A DNA stretch of 64,000 bases, from NCBI GenBank assembly GCA_963806035.1, contig CAWDWO010000026.1:32001-96000 (forward strand), read 5' to 3'. This DNA is from Candidatus Krumholzibacteriota bacterium. GTDB lineage: Bacteria > Krumholzibacteriota > Krumholzibacteriia > JAJRXK01. Under the pieces are notes generated by a model, which saw only the letters and a program-made list of their open reading frames with translations, was not told the DNA's origin and made no database searches. A program made the position numbers and the translations under genes. Shown piece after piece: positions 1 to 9,999 of this stretch (its first letter is position 1; the number at the start of each line of letters is the position of its first letter).

Positions 1-186
1 TCCTCGTCATCTCCCCTTCAGTCGGTTCTCCGACTCGAGTTCGCACATGCTGTGGACTCAGGGGGAGAGTTTCGCTCCTTCGCGCAGTACCGGACCTCCG
101 AGCCGGGCTCATACGTTCTGTTCCATGCGACTCTTGCCTCTTCGCTCTCGCCTCAACGCGAAGAGCTGCATCCCAGGAGGGAGAAC

Positions 187-3100
187 ATGAACCCAGTCCA
201 CCGGGTTTCATTCGGCCTTTCCGCTTTCCTCGTCGTCCTCTGCTGTATCGGCGCATTCAACGATGCGCTGGCGGCTACCATCGATCTCCCCGTTCGCTTC
301 GACGCCGCGCAACTGAAGCTCGTCGAATCGCCCGAGGGCGTGATCTACTCTCTTCCCGGAACGCAGAACCTGAGAGCAACCGGCGCTCCCGCCTTGCCCT
401 ATGCGAGCTGGAAGGTGGTGCTTCCCCAGGGCAAGACTCTCATGGAGGTCGAGGTCCAGGATGCGCACTGGAAGCGTTTGACCAATCGTGGACAACTGGC
501 GCGCGCGACGAAGCTCATGAGCGATCAGGGCAACTCGGTCAGCGTGAGCATGGGCGGTCTTCGCGAGGATTTCCAGGACGGCGGTACTTTTCCCTCGGCT
601 GCGGCGCGGGGTCAGGGCTTTGCCGTCATGGAAGGCTACCGCGTGGCCACCGTCGACGTGTTCCCGATGCGCGTGCTCGAAGATGGAACGGTCGAGATTC
701 TCAAGCGGGGACAACTTCATCTGGTGTTGGCCGATCAGGCCATGGATGAAGTTGCGGAGCGAGAGGTGGCCTGGCCCGGTGTGGCCGAGCGCGCAGCGCA
801 ACGCGTGCGCAAGCTCGTGGTCAATCCGGAGCAAGTCGATTTCTGCGCGCCCCCGGCCGGGATTGCTCCCGAACTTCTGAAATCTTTCTCGAACAAAGCT
901 CCCTCACCGCTCGATCAGGACGAAGTCTTCGCAGGTGGACGCGTGGACTACGTCATCATCACCATTCCCTCTCTGGTCTCCGAGTTTCAGAGATTGGCGG
1001 ATGATCACATCGCGCACGGGCTACGCGCGAAAGTCGTCACCACCGACTGGATCCTGGACAACTATCGGCATGGGGTGGATCTGCAGGAGACGATTCGTTA
1101 CTTCCTGAAGGAAGCCTACGCGAAGTGGGGCCTGCACTACGTGCTCCTGGGTGGCGACGCGGCCATTTTGCCGCCGCGTTACGTGCGCAGCACCTTCTAT
1201 CCTCCCGGAGGCCACACCGACATTCCCGCCGACCTGTACTTTGGTGCGCTCGACGGAAACTGGAACGCCAACGGCAACGGCATATTCGGGGAAGCCTACC
1301 AGTCCTTCCTCGATCCCGGGGACTATCAGGACATGGTCGCCGAAGTGGTGGTGGGGCGCGCGCCGGTGAACGACGTGGCGGAGGCCACGACCTTCGTGGA
1401 CAAGTGTCTGGAGTACCAGACGCCGAGCAGCAGTTCCTATCTGGGGAAAGCTCTGTTCTTGAGTGAGGTGCTCTTTCCCTCGGATTGGGATGGGGTTTCC
1501 GCCATCAACCTCGATGGAGCGACCTACAGCGAAAACATCATTTTCAATTCGCTGATCACCCCGGGCAACCTCATCGACAGCGAGCGGCTGTACGAGAACT
1601 ACACCGCCTATCCCTACACCCTGCAAGAGACCCAACAGGCCGCGCTCGATTCCATGTCGACCGGACACTTCGGTCTGGTGAATCACGTGGGCCACGGCTT
1701 CTACTACAACATGAGCGTGGGGGACAAGAACATCTTCGCCGGTGACGCTCTGAGCCTCACCAACGCGCCCAACTATTTCGTGATCAACGCTCTGAACTGT
1801 TCTTCGGGAGCCTTCGACTTCGACTGTCTCCTGGAGACCTACATTCAGCATCCGGGTGGAGGAAGTGTGGCGAGCTTGGGCGCCTCGCGCGAGGCTTTCC
1901 CCTCCACCGCGAACGATTACCAACAGGAATTCTTCCGACAGATCTTCGTGTTGGGGAACACGCGCCTGGGCGACGCGATGAATGCGGCCCGCGACAAGTA
2001 CACTCCCAGCTCGCTCAACTCCGAGGAGTTCAAACGCTGGACGCACTTCTGCTACACCCTGCTGGGCGATCCCGCCCTGCGGATGTGGCGCAAGGCGCCG
2101 GTCACTCCCGTGGTGACCAAGCCAGCTTCGGTTCCTCTGGGCACCAGCCAGATCACGGTGGGCGTGACCAGTTCGGGTCTCGCGGTGCCGGCGGCGCGCG
2201 TGACCATGCACAAGCCGGGCGAAGCCTGGGCCACCGGCGTGACCGATACCCTCACCGGCCAAGTTACTCTCGATCTGCAGGCGCTGAGCCAGGGCACCAT
2301 CGACGTGGTGGTGGATGGAGCCAGCCTCCAGCCGCAATTTTCGACGATCACGGTGGGGCCCGCGGCGCAGGCCAACATCGTGGGCAGTCCGTTGAGCGTG
2401 GATGACGGGATCGGAGGAAACGGCCTGGCCGATTCCGGCGAGTCCGTGGACTGGTACTTCCACTTCGAGAACAACGGGGACGGCAGTTTGGCCAGCGGAG
2501 TGAGCGCCGTGCTCAGGCCGGTGGACGCCACCGGCGCGACCGTCACCGACTCGACGATCACGGTGGGGGACCTCGCCGGCGGCGCGAACGCCGATCCCAA
2601 TGATCCGGTGAGCATCGATTTGAGCCCCTCCATCGCGGACGGAACGACCCTGAGTTTCGACCTGGTGAGCAGCTCGGGCGGGGACGAATGGACGCAGCGA
2701 GTTTACCTGAAGGTGATCGCTCCGGAGCCGGAGGTGGTGCGGGTCTTCACCGACGACTCGGTGACCGGAAACGGGGACGGGATCCAGCAACCCGGCGAGA
2801 TCGTGGAGATGCACGTGGAGGTGAAGAACTACGGCGCCGGAGTGCTCGAAGGAGCCAACGGGATGCTGAACAGTTCTTCCCCCAACGTCAGCATCACTCA
2901 AGCCAACGCGAGCTGGGCCGATCTCGGCGTGAAGGCCAGCGGCTTCGGCAGCGGCTACTTCCAGGTGGCCGAGAGCGACACGAGCGTGGAGAACTGGATG
3001 CTCTTCATCCTGACCGATGCCAAGGGGCATTCGTGGTCGCGCTGGCTCGAGTTGCGCCAACCGGACGCGCCCACCGGGGTGGTGCCGTTCACCAATTTGG

Positions 3101-5007
3101 GGCCCACGACCATCGCCCTGCAGTGGCAGCGTTCCACTTCGAATCACTTGAAGGGATATCGCGTCTACCGTTCGAACTTCCAGGGCGGGCCCTTCACGGA
3201 AATCACCCAGGATGTGGTCCTGCGTTCAGGATTCTTCCGCGACGACAATCTCGCGACTCTTACCCGCTATTACTACGAGGTCGCTTCCGTCGACTCCTCG
3301 GGAGTCGAGGGGCCGGTGACTTCGGTGGTCTCGGCCAGCACGGCGCCGCCGGAGATCGGCAACGCTTTCCCGCTGCCCACCAACTCCACGGTGGAAGGCG
3401 CACTGGCGGTGGGTGATCTGCGGGCCGACGGGACGCTCTTCGCGGTTCTCGGAGGCAATCTGGTCTACGCGGTGGACTCCGACGCCAACGAGCTCCTGGA
3501 TGGAGACGGCAACGCACAGACCCTGGGGCCGGTGAACGGGTTCAACGGAGACTACACCTTCGCGGGGATCACGCTGGCCGACATCGATGGCAATCCCGGG
3601 CCGGAGATCCTGGCCGGGGACTGGGTCGGGCACAAGGCCTACGTGCTGGACAACAATGGAGATCCCATGCCCGGGTGGCCGCAGGACATGGGTCAGCAGA
3701 ACTGGGCCTCGTTCTCGGTGGGCGACCTGGATGGAGACGGTACCCCGGAGATCGTGACTAACAACGTCGGGGGCAAGACTTTCGCCTGGCATACCGATGG
3801 CACCGAAGTCTTGGACGGAGACTCCAATCCTTCGACCAACGGTGTCTTCCAGCTGCGCAGCGGCGAAATCTACAACCGCTCGACCATCAGTCTCTACGAC
3901 CTCGACAACGACGGTGGCCGCGAGATGATCTTCGGCACCAACTGGCGCAACGGGACCGACAACATGGTCTACGCGCTCAAGTCCGACGGAAGCGAAGCTC
4001 CGGGCTGGCCCAAGAACCTGGGACCCAGCGGTTACAACTCCTCCACCGTCACCATCGCCGATCTGGATCGCGACGGAACGGTGGAGCTCATCTTCCCCTG
4101 CGACAACGACTCGCTGTACATCTGGGAACCTGACGGAAGCAACTACATGGACTTCCCTCACTATCTCGGCTGCAACAGCGGCGATCTGGACGGTAAGACG
4201 CCTTCGATCGCGGTGGGCAATCTCGACGCCGATCCCCAGCTGGAGATGGTGGCGGTGCAGGTGTTCTCACGCACCAACGTCAACATCTTCGTGTACGAGC
4301 ACGATGGTAGCGTCAAGAGCGGTTGGCCGCAGAGCGTTGACGCCTTCTCGCGTTCCTCGCCCATCATCGGCGATCTGGACGGCGACGGGATTCCCGACAT
4401 CGTCTTTGCCTCCGGTGGAGAGGACATTCCGGACAATCTCTACGCCTTCAAGGCCGACGGAACGACAATGGCCGGCTTCCCCATTTCGCTCTCGGGAAGC
4501 CCGTGGGGGACCCCGGTCATTTGCGATTTCGATGGCGACGGCGACGTCGATCTCCTGCTGGCGGGTTACGACAACCTGCTCCACGTGTGGGATCTGCCCG
4601 GGGCCTACGATCGCAGTCTCGTACCCTGGCCCACATTCCAGGGCAACTACCGGCGCACGGGAGTGTACGAGGATTCTCCCGCGACCGCGGTCGAACCGAA
4701 TGGAGCGAGTATTCCCGCCTCGCGACTCGCGCTCTACCCGAACGTACCGAATCCGTTCAACCCCTCCACCGTCATCCGCTTCGACGTGCCTTCGGCGCTG
4801 AACAACGCCTTGGCCAGGGTGACCATCTACGATCTCGCGGGCCGGAAGGTGAGAACACTTCTCGCTCAGCCGCTGGCCGCGGGTCACCACGAAGTGCGCT
4901 GGGATGGTAGGGATACCAGCGGAAAAAGCGTGGCTTCGGGAGTCTACTTCACCCGTCTGGAAGTGGGCTCGGAGGTCCGCGGATTGAAAATGACCTTGGC
5001 AAAATAG
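187..5007 (+). CDS. Secreted C25 (gingipain-like) cysteine peptidase with propeptide, Ig-like/FN3 domains, FG-GAP repeats and C-terminal FlgD-Ig/T9SS-like domain
   Basis: ATG 187 follows GGAGGGAG and starts a signal peptide. C25 motifs: YVIIT, YVLLGGD, DLYFGALDGNWN, VGRAP, NHVGHG (His), ALNCSSG (Cys), YTLLGDP. Repeated GDLDGDG/GWP units; C-terminal PNPFNP...WDGRD..G..VASGVYF. Confidence 0.88.
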   Translation: MNPVHRVSFGLSAFLVVLCCIGAFNDALAATIDLPVRFDAAQLKLVESPEGVIYSLPGTQNLRATGAPALPYASWKVVLPQGKTLMEVEVQDAHWKRLTNRGQLARATKLMSDQGNSVSVSMGGLREDFQDGGTFPSAAARGQGFAVMEGYRVATVDVFPMRVLEDGTVEILKRGQLHLVLADQAMDEVAEREVAWPGVAERAAQRVRKLVVNPEQVDFCAPPAGIAPELLKSFSNKAPSPLDQDEVFAGGRVDYVIITIPSLVSEFQRLADDHIAHGLRAKVVTTDWILDNYRHGVDLQETIRYFLKEAYAKWGLHYVLLGGDAAILPPRYVRSTFYPPGGHTDIPADLYFGALDGNWNANGNGIFGEAYQSFLDPGDYQDMVAEVVVGRAPVNDVAEATTFVDKCLEYQTPSSSSYLGKALFLSEVLFPSDWDGVSAINLDGATYSENIIFNSLITPGNLIDSERLYENYTAYPYTLQETQQAALDSMSTGHFGLVNHVGHGFYYNMSVGDKNIFAGDALSLTNAPNYFVINALNCSSGAFDFDCLLETYIQHPGGGSVASLGASREAFPSTANDYQQEFFRQIFVLGNTRLGDAMNAARDKYTPSSLNSEEFKRWTHFCYTLLGDPALRMWRKAPVTPVVTKPASVPLGTSQITVGVTSSGLAVPAARVTMHKPGEAWATGVTDTLTGQVTLDLQALSQGTIDVVVDGASLQPQFSTITVGPAAQANIVGSPLSVDDGIGGNGLADSGESVDWYFHFENNGDGSLASGVSAVLRPVDATGATVTDSTITVGDLAGGANADPNDPVSIDLSPSIADGTTLSFDLVSSSGGDEWTQRVYLKVIAPEPEVVRVFTDDSVTGNGDGIQQPGEIVEMHVEVKNYGAGVLEGANGMLNSSSPNVSITQANASWADLGVKASGFGSGYFQVAESDTSVENWMLFILTDAKGHSWSRWLELRQPDAPTGVVPFTNLGPTTIALQWQRSTSNHLKGYRVYRSNFQGGPFTEITQDVVLRSGFFRDDNLATLTRYYYEVASVDSSGVEGPVTSVVSASTAPPEIGNAFPLPTNSTVEGALAVGDLRADGTLFAVLGGNLVYAVDSDANELLDGDGNAQTLGPVNGFNGDYTFAGITLADIDGNPGPEILAGDWVGHKAYVLDNNGDPMPGWPQDMGQQNWASFSVGDLDGDGTPEIVTNNVGGKTFAWHTDGTEVLDGDSNPSTNGVFQLRSGEIYNRSTISLYDLDNDGGREMIFGTNWRNGTDNMVYALKSDGSEAPGWPKNLGPSGYNSSTVTIADLDRDGTVELIFPCDNDSLYIWEPDGSNYMDFPHYLGCNSGDLDGKTPSIAVGNLDADPQLEMVAVQVFSRTNVNIFVYEHDGSVKSGWPQSVDAFSRSSPIIGDLDGDGIPDIVFASGGEDIPDNLYAFKADGTTMAGFPISLSGSPWGTPVICDFDGDGDVDLLLAGYDNLLHVWDLPGAYDRSLVPWPTFQGNYRRTGVYEDSPATAVEPNGASIPASRLALYPNVPNPFNPSTVIRFDVPSALNNALARVTIYDLAGRKVRTLLAQPLAAGHHEVRWDGRDTSGKSVASGVYFTRLEVGSEVRGLKMTLAK

Positions 5008-5089
5008 CCAAGTTGCGCGAATCGTGGGGGGATGCGGGGGCCCATTCCGCTTGCAGCGGGATGGGCCTCACCCACATTCGAGGTCCTGC

Positions 5090-8000
5090 ATGCGTTCCTT
5101 CTTCTCGAGTCTGCTTCTGCTCACCCTGGTTGGGGTTGGGTCCGCGTCGGCCCAGGAAACGCTCAGCCTGCCTCTGAAAACTTCACTGGACGATCTACAG
5201 CTTTCGGGCACGCCCGCGCCCGACTCCATCGTGCTCCGCGGCGCGCGTGCCGCGCGTCAGGAGGACGGGGGAGGACTTCCGAGCCTCGGCTACTGTCTCG
5301 TCATTCCCGCGGCGAGCCAAGTGCGCTCCGTCGCTCTCGAAGGTGGCAAGGAGCGCCTGGTCGCCGCTGGCGGGACGCTGCGCTCCAGTGGCCTCTCCTG
5401 GATCCAGGCTCCTCAGAGCGAAGAGCAAGGATCCGCGGTGGAGTATCTCGGAGATGCGTGGTGGCACGGGCGCCACTTGATCTATCTGCGCGCAAAGCCT
5501 CTGCGTGTGGATCCACAGAGCGGGGATCTCTACCTGCGCGAGGGAGGCAGGGTCCTCGTCGAGTTGCAGAGTGCGCAAGCGCAGCAGACCGTCGTCCACC
5601 GCATGCTTGCGGATGAGGGGGTTCAAGGCAGAGACCGCGCAGAGCTACTGCGCGCGATCGACAATCCGCAGGATCTGGATCGTTTCAGTCCCGCACCTCC
5701 GCTCGAAGAGTCCAGCTCTCAGAAGACGGCAGCGCTGGCGCCGAGTAACAAGACTCCCAGCATCCTCACCGGGCCCTACCGTTATCTCGTGATCACGCGC
5801 GACGCACTGGTCCCGCAGTTTCAGCGCCTCGCAGAGCTCAGAGAAGAACAGGGCCTCCCCTCGATCGTGGTGAGCGTGGAAGAGATCGAGGCCAACGGGC
5901 GGCATGGATTGGATCTTGCCGAGACCATTCGCCTCTACCTGCAGGATGCCTACGAGAAGTGGGGGGTCGATTACGTCCTGCTCGGCGGCGACACCGAGCT
6001 CATTCCCACCCGTTACGTCAGCTCGACTTACTACCCTCCGGGGGGTGAAAGTCAAATTCCGGCGGATTTCTACTACGCGGGGCTCGACGGAAACTGGAAC
6101 GCGGATGGGGACGCGACCTTCGGAGAACCTTTCGTCACCGGAGCCGATCCCGGCGACTATTGCGACTTCGTGCCGGAAGTCGCGCTGGGAAGGGCTCCGG
6201 TCAATACGGTCGAGGAAGCCACGGTCTTCGTGGACAAGGTGCTGGCCTACGAGAGCGGGGCGAATGGCGATCGTTTCGCGCGCGCGCTCTTTGGCAGCGA
6301 AGTGCTCTTTCCGCAGGGATGGCAGCCCGGCGATCCCATCATTCGCGACGGCGCGTCCTTCAGCGAGACCTTGGTGGCCAGCATCCAGGTGGCGCGGCCC
6401 GGCGAGTACACTCTCACCCGACGCTACCAGAACTACACGAGCTATCCGGGAGCGGTGGAGGAGACGCGCGCCGGGATACTCTCCGATCTCAACGCGGGAA
6501 GCTATGGCCTGTTTCACCACATCGGCCACGGCTTCTATTACAACATGAGCGTCGGAGACAAGAACATTCTCGTGAGCGACGCCGACGCCTTGAGCAACGG
6601 ATCGTCCACCTTCGTGCTCATTGCCCTCAACTGCGACTCGGCCGCATTCGACTTCGACTGTCTCCTGGAACGCTTCCTGCGCAACCCCAACGGCGGCGCG
6701 GTGGCCTGTATCGGATCTTCTCGCGCAGCTTTCGACAACACCACGAACAGCTATCAACAAGCGCTGTACAAGGCGCTCTTCGCCGCGCGCCGTCAGCGAC
6801 TGGGCGATGCAATTTTGGAGAGCCGTCTGGGATACGCGGTGGATACTTTCTACAACTCGGTCGACCGCTGGACTCAACTCGTCTACACGCTGCTGGGCGA
6901 TCCCGCCATGCGCATGTGGACGGCCAGCCCCAAGGCCATCACGGTGAGCGCTCCCAGCACGGTGCAGGTGGGCAGCGGGCCCCTTGCGGTCACGGTGAAC
7001 GAGACTCAGGGCGGTGGAGTGGATTCGGTGGCGGTGGTGCTGCGCAAAGCGGGGGAGAGCCTGGTGGCGGGATGGACGGACGCCAGCGGGCAGCTGAGCC
7101 TTCCCTTTGCGCCCAAGGAGGCGGGGAGCTGGACCCTGTACGTGAACGGGCGCGACGTCATGCCCGACAGCATGACGGTGGAGGTCACTTCGGCCACGCA
7201 GGCGCAGCTCGCCCTTGCGGGCTTCACCCTGGACGACACGCAGGGCAACGGCAACGGCATCGCCGAGGCCGGAGAGTTGGTCAGCATTCTGCCCACTCTG
7301 GTCAACGGCGGGCAGAGCCCGTCGGCGGCGGGGACACTCAGCTTGAACTGCGAGGACCCCGGCGTCACTCTGGTGCAGGACCAGGCGAGCTTTTCGCCTG
7401 TGACGGGAGAGAGTTCCCACGCGGCCGATAGCGCATTCAGCGTTCAGCTCGCCGCGGATCTCCCCGACGCCACTCGCCTGCACTTCCTGGTGGCCATCGA
7501 CGAGGATGGCGGTGCGCACTTCGAGGATTCATTCGATCTCACTCTCTCGGGCGCAAAGCTCGAGATCGTCTCTCTCGATCTGGACGACAGCTCGGGCAAC
7601 CAGGACGGAATCCTGGATCCCGGCGAACAGGTCTTCTTGAATTTCACCCTGAAGAACTTCGGAACGGCCAGAGTCGATTCGGTGAACGGCGTGCTGCGCT
7701 CGCTGGATCCGGCGGCGACGGTCATCGACTCCACCGCGCACTGGGGACTCTTCGACGGCGTCCTGAGCAGCCAGGACAACGCGCTGGATCCCTTCGCGGT
7801 ACAGGAGAGCGATACCGCGAGCCCCCATCTCTATCGACTGCTTTTGAGCGAGAGCTCGGGCGCGACGCGCTCCTTCGAGTTCGATTTGCGTCGTCCCGCC
7901 GCGCTCACCGGACTCGCACCCGGTCTCGCACAGGCGGGGTCGGTGCTCTTGCATTGGGATCCCTCGAGCGCGGCCGATCTTCTGGGCTACCAGGTGGAGA

Positions 8001-9853
8001 GACGCGTGAAGGGAGAGAGCGCCTGGGTTTCGGCCAACCCCGATCTTTTGCAAGCGGGTTCGGTGTTCTTGGACGAGGGACTGCCCGACCGCACCAGCTT
8101 CGAGTACCGCGTGCGCGCGGTCGATCGCGCCGGACTCGCCGGTCCGGCCTCGCAGATCGTCACCGCGGTCACTCCTCCTCCTGAAGTGGGTTGCTTTCCC
8201 CTGCCCATCGATCAGGAGACCAGTGGAGCCTCGGCGGTGGGGGACGTGGACGGCGACGGCGTACTCGACCTGGCGGTGGGCTCGGGCCACATCTACCTGA
8301 TCGACGGCCTGTGCCGCGAGAAGGTGGACGGGGACGACAATGCGCAGACTTTCGGACCACTCTCCGCTGTCGATGGAGGCTTCCAGCCTTCCGGCATGTC
8401 CCTGGGGAATCTGGATCAGAGTGGAACGGACCTGCAGATCGTGGGCGAGAACTGGACGAGCCACGAGATCTACGTGTACAACGCCGACGGCAGTCTGCAG
8501 AGCGGCTGGCCGCAGCCCCTCTACTCCAAGGCCTGGACTACCGCGGTACTGGGCGATCTCGACCAGGATGGGACTCTGGAAATCGTCACCAACGACATCA
8601 GCGGATACACCTACGCCTTCCACATGGACGGCAGCGAGGTGGCCGACGGAGACCTGGATGCCGGCACCAAGGGACCCATCGCGCCGCGCCGCGATGGAGA
8701 GAGTTACGGCCGCACCACGCCGGCGCTCTACGACGTGGATGGCGACGGCAAGCTCGAGATTCTCTTCGGCTCGAAGTTCTTGAATGGCGCTCCGGAGTAC
8801 TTCTATGCGCTCAAGGCAGACGGGAGCGGCAATGCGATGGGCTGGCCCAAGAACCTGGGCCCGGGCGCGTCGTTCCTCGCGAGCCCCGCGGTGGGTGATC
8901 TGGACAACTTTGGGCAGATGGAGATCGTGGCGCCCTGTGAGAACGACAGTCTCTACGTGTGGGAAGCGGATGGCAGCCGATACGGGAATTTCCCGGTGTA
9001 CCTGCACGCGCGCTCGGTCGACTTGGATAGCTTGGCCCCCTCGCCGGCTCTGGCCGATTTCGACGGTGATGGGTATCTGGAGATCGTGGCCGTCTCCATC
9101 GACTCGCGTTCGGAGGCCGGCGTCTTCGTCTTCGACCATCTCGGAAACGTGCTTCCGGGCTGGCCGCAGGTGGTGCCCGGACTCTCCGAAGGTAGCCCGG
9201 TGGTGGCGGATCTCGACGGCGACCAATCGCCGGACATCGTGTTCGGCATCGGCGGCGGCACGGACAACCTGCCCAGCCTACTCTACGTGTGGCATGCGGA
9301 CGGCACGGTCTTCGAGGGCTTTCCTTTCCCCCTGGAGGGCTTCATCCGCGCCACTCCGACTCTCTGCGATTTCAACGGAGACGGCAAAGCCAACATCGTG
9401 CTGGCGACCTGGGACCGGCTCATCCACGTGTGGGACATGGGGGGCGCCTACAATCCTTCGTTCTTCGCGCCCTGGCCCACCTTCCACCAGAACGCGCGCA
9501 GGGACGGCGTCTACTCTCCGGCTCCTCACTTCGCGCGCTCGGGCGGAGACGATCCTTCGAGCGTGACGCAGCCACGGCTCGCACCGAATGCTCCCAACCC
9601 CTTCAATCCCGCCACCACAGTCCGCTTCGAGCTTCCCGGCGGCGGCGCCCGCCGTTGCGAAGTGACGATCTACGACGTGGCGGGGCGGGCGGTGCGAGCG
9701 CTTCTGCGCGCTCCCCTCGCGGCGGGCCCGCACGAAGTTCGCTGGGATGGACGCGACGACGGCGGAAGGAGCGTGGCCTCTGGAGTGTACTTCGCCCGCC
9801 TGCTCGTCGAAGGCTTCACGGCCCAGAGCCAGAAGATGGTCCTCGCGCGCTGA
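5090..9853 (+). CDS. Second C25 peptidase/FG-GAP/FlgD-Ig protein, tandem paralog of the upstream gene
   Basis: Signal peptide MRSFFSSLLLL..ASA. HHIGHG and ALNCDS motifs, same domain order and shared blocks (GHGFYYNMSVGDKNI, AFDFDCLLE, GWPKNLGP); C-terminal PNPFNP...WDGRDDGG..VASGVYF. Confidence 0.88.
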   Translation: MRSFFSSLLLLTLVGVGSASAQETLSLPLKTSLDDLQLSGTPAPDSIVLRGARAARQEDGGGLPSLGYCLVIPAASQVRSVALEGGKERLVAAGGTLRSSGLSWIQAPQSEEQGSAVEYLGDAWWHGRHLIYLRAKPLRVDPQSGDLYLREGGRVLVELQSAQAQQTVVHRMLADEGVQGRDRAELLRAIDNPQDLDRFSPAPPLEESSSQKTAALAPSNKTPSILTGPYRYLVITRDALVPQFQRLAELREEQGLPSIVVSVEEIEANGRHGLDLAETIRLYLQDAYEKWGVDYVLLGGDTELIPTRYVSSTYYPPGGESQIPADFYYAGLDGNWNADGDATFGEPFVTGADPGDYCDFVPEVALGRAPVNTVEEATVFVDKVLAYESGANGDRFARALFGSEVLFPQGWQPGDPIIRDGASFSETLVASIQVARPGEYTLTRRYQNYTSYPGAVEETRAGILSDLNAGSYGLFHHIGHGFYYNMSVGDKNILVSDADALSNGSSTFVLIALNCDSAAFDFDCLLERFLRNPNGGAVACIGSSRAAFDNTTNSYQQALYKALFAARRQRLGDAILESRLGYAVDTFYNSVDRWTQLVYTLLGDPAMRMWTASPKAITVSAPSTVQVGSGPLAVTVNETQGGGVDSVAVVLRKAGESLVAGWTDASGQLSLPFAPKEAGSWTLYVNGRDVMPDSMTVEVTSATQAQLALAGFTLDDTQGNGNGIAEAGELVSILPTLVNGGQSPSAAGTLSLNCEDPGVTLVQDQASFSPVTGESSHAADSAFSVQLAADLPDATRLHFLVAIDEDGGAHFEDSFDLTLSGAKLEIVSLDLDDSSGNQDGILDPGEQVFLNFTLKNFGTARVDSVNGVLRSLDPAATVIDSTAHWGLFDGVLSSQDNALDPFAVQESDTASPHLYRLLLSESSGATRSFEFDLRRPAALTGLAPGLAQAGSVLLHWDPSSAADLLGYQVERRVKGESAWVSANPDLLQAGSVFLDEGLPDRTSFEYRVRAVDRAGLAGPASQIVTAVTPPPEVGCFPLPIDQETSGASAVGDVDGDGVLDLAVGSGHIYLIDGLCREKVDGDDNAQTFGPLSAVDGGFQPSGMSLGNLDQSGTDLQIVGENWTSHEIYVYNADGSLQSGWPQPLYSKAWTTAVLGDLDQDGTLEIVTNDISGYTYAFHMDGSEVADGDLDAGTKGPIAPRRDGESYGRTTPALYDVDGDGKLEILFGSKFLNGAPEYFYALKADGSGNAMGWPKNLGPGASFLASPAVGDLDNFGQMEIVAPCENDSLYVWEADGSRYGNFPVYLHARSVDLDSLAPSPALADFDGDGYLEIVAVSIDSRSEAGVFVFDHLGNVLPGWPQVVPGLSEGSPVVADLDGDQSPDIVFGIGGGTDNLPSLLYVWHADGTVFEGFPFPLEGFIRATPTLCDFNGDGKANIVLATWDRLIHVWDMGGAYNPSFFAPWPTFHQNARRDGVYSPAPHFARSGGDDPSSVTQPRLAPNAPNPFNPATTVRFELPGGGARRCEVTIYDVAGRAVRALLRAPLAAGPHEVRWDGRDDGGRSVASGVYFARLLVEGFTAQSQKMVLAR

Positions 9854-9999
9854 GAGAGCGCAGTCCATTTGACACTTTGCCCTTGCCGCGCTTTCGTTGC
9901 GCGGAACTCGCGCGTTGAAGATGCGTAAGGGGATTCGCTGCGATCTGCGAGCGATCTCCCTCGCGTCGCGCTGGCTTCTCGAATGGAGGAGTGGTTTCC

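Noticed and set aside
1..20. Possible start of a divergent minus-strand gene (GAAGGGGAG-ATG at position 10)
   Set aside because: Only three codons lie in the window, so it cannot be supported.
3400..9450. Recurring GGCGA(T/C)CT(G/C)GAC-like DNA repeats
   Set aside because: They encode FG-GAP/DxDxDG protein repeats and are degenerate and irregularly spaced; not CRISPR.
9854..9999. Heat-shock operator upstream of clpB
   Set aside because: No CIRCE or HAIR match; TTTGACACTTTGCCC does not fit CtsR repeat spacing.
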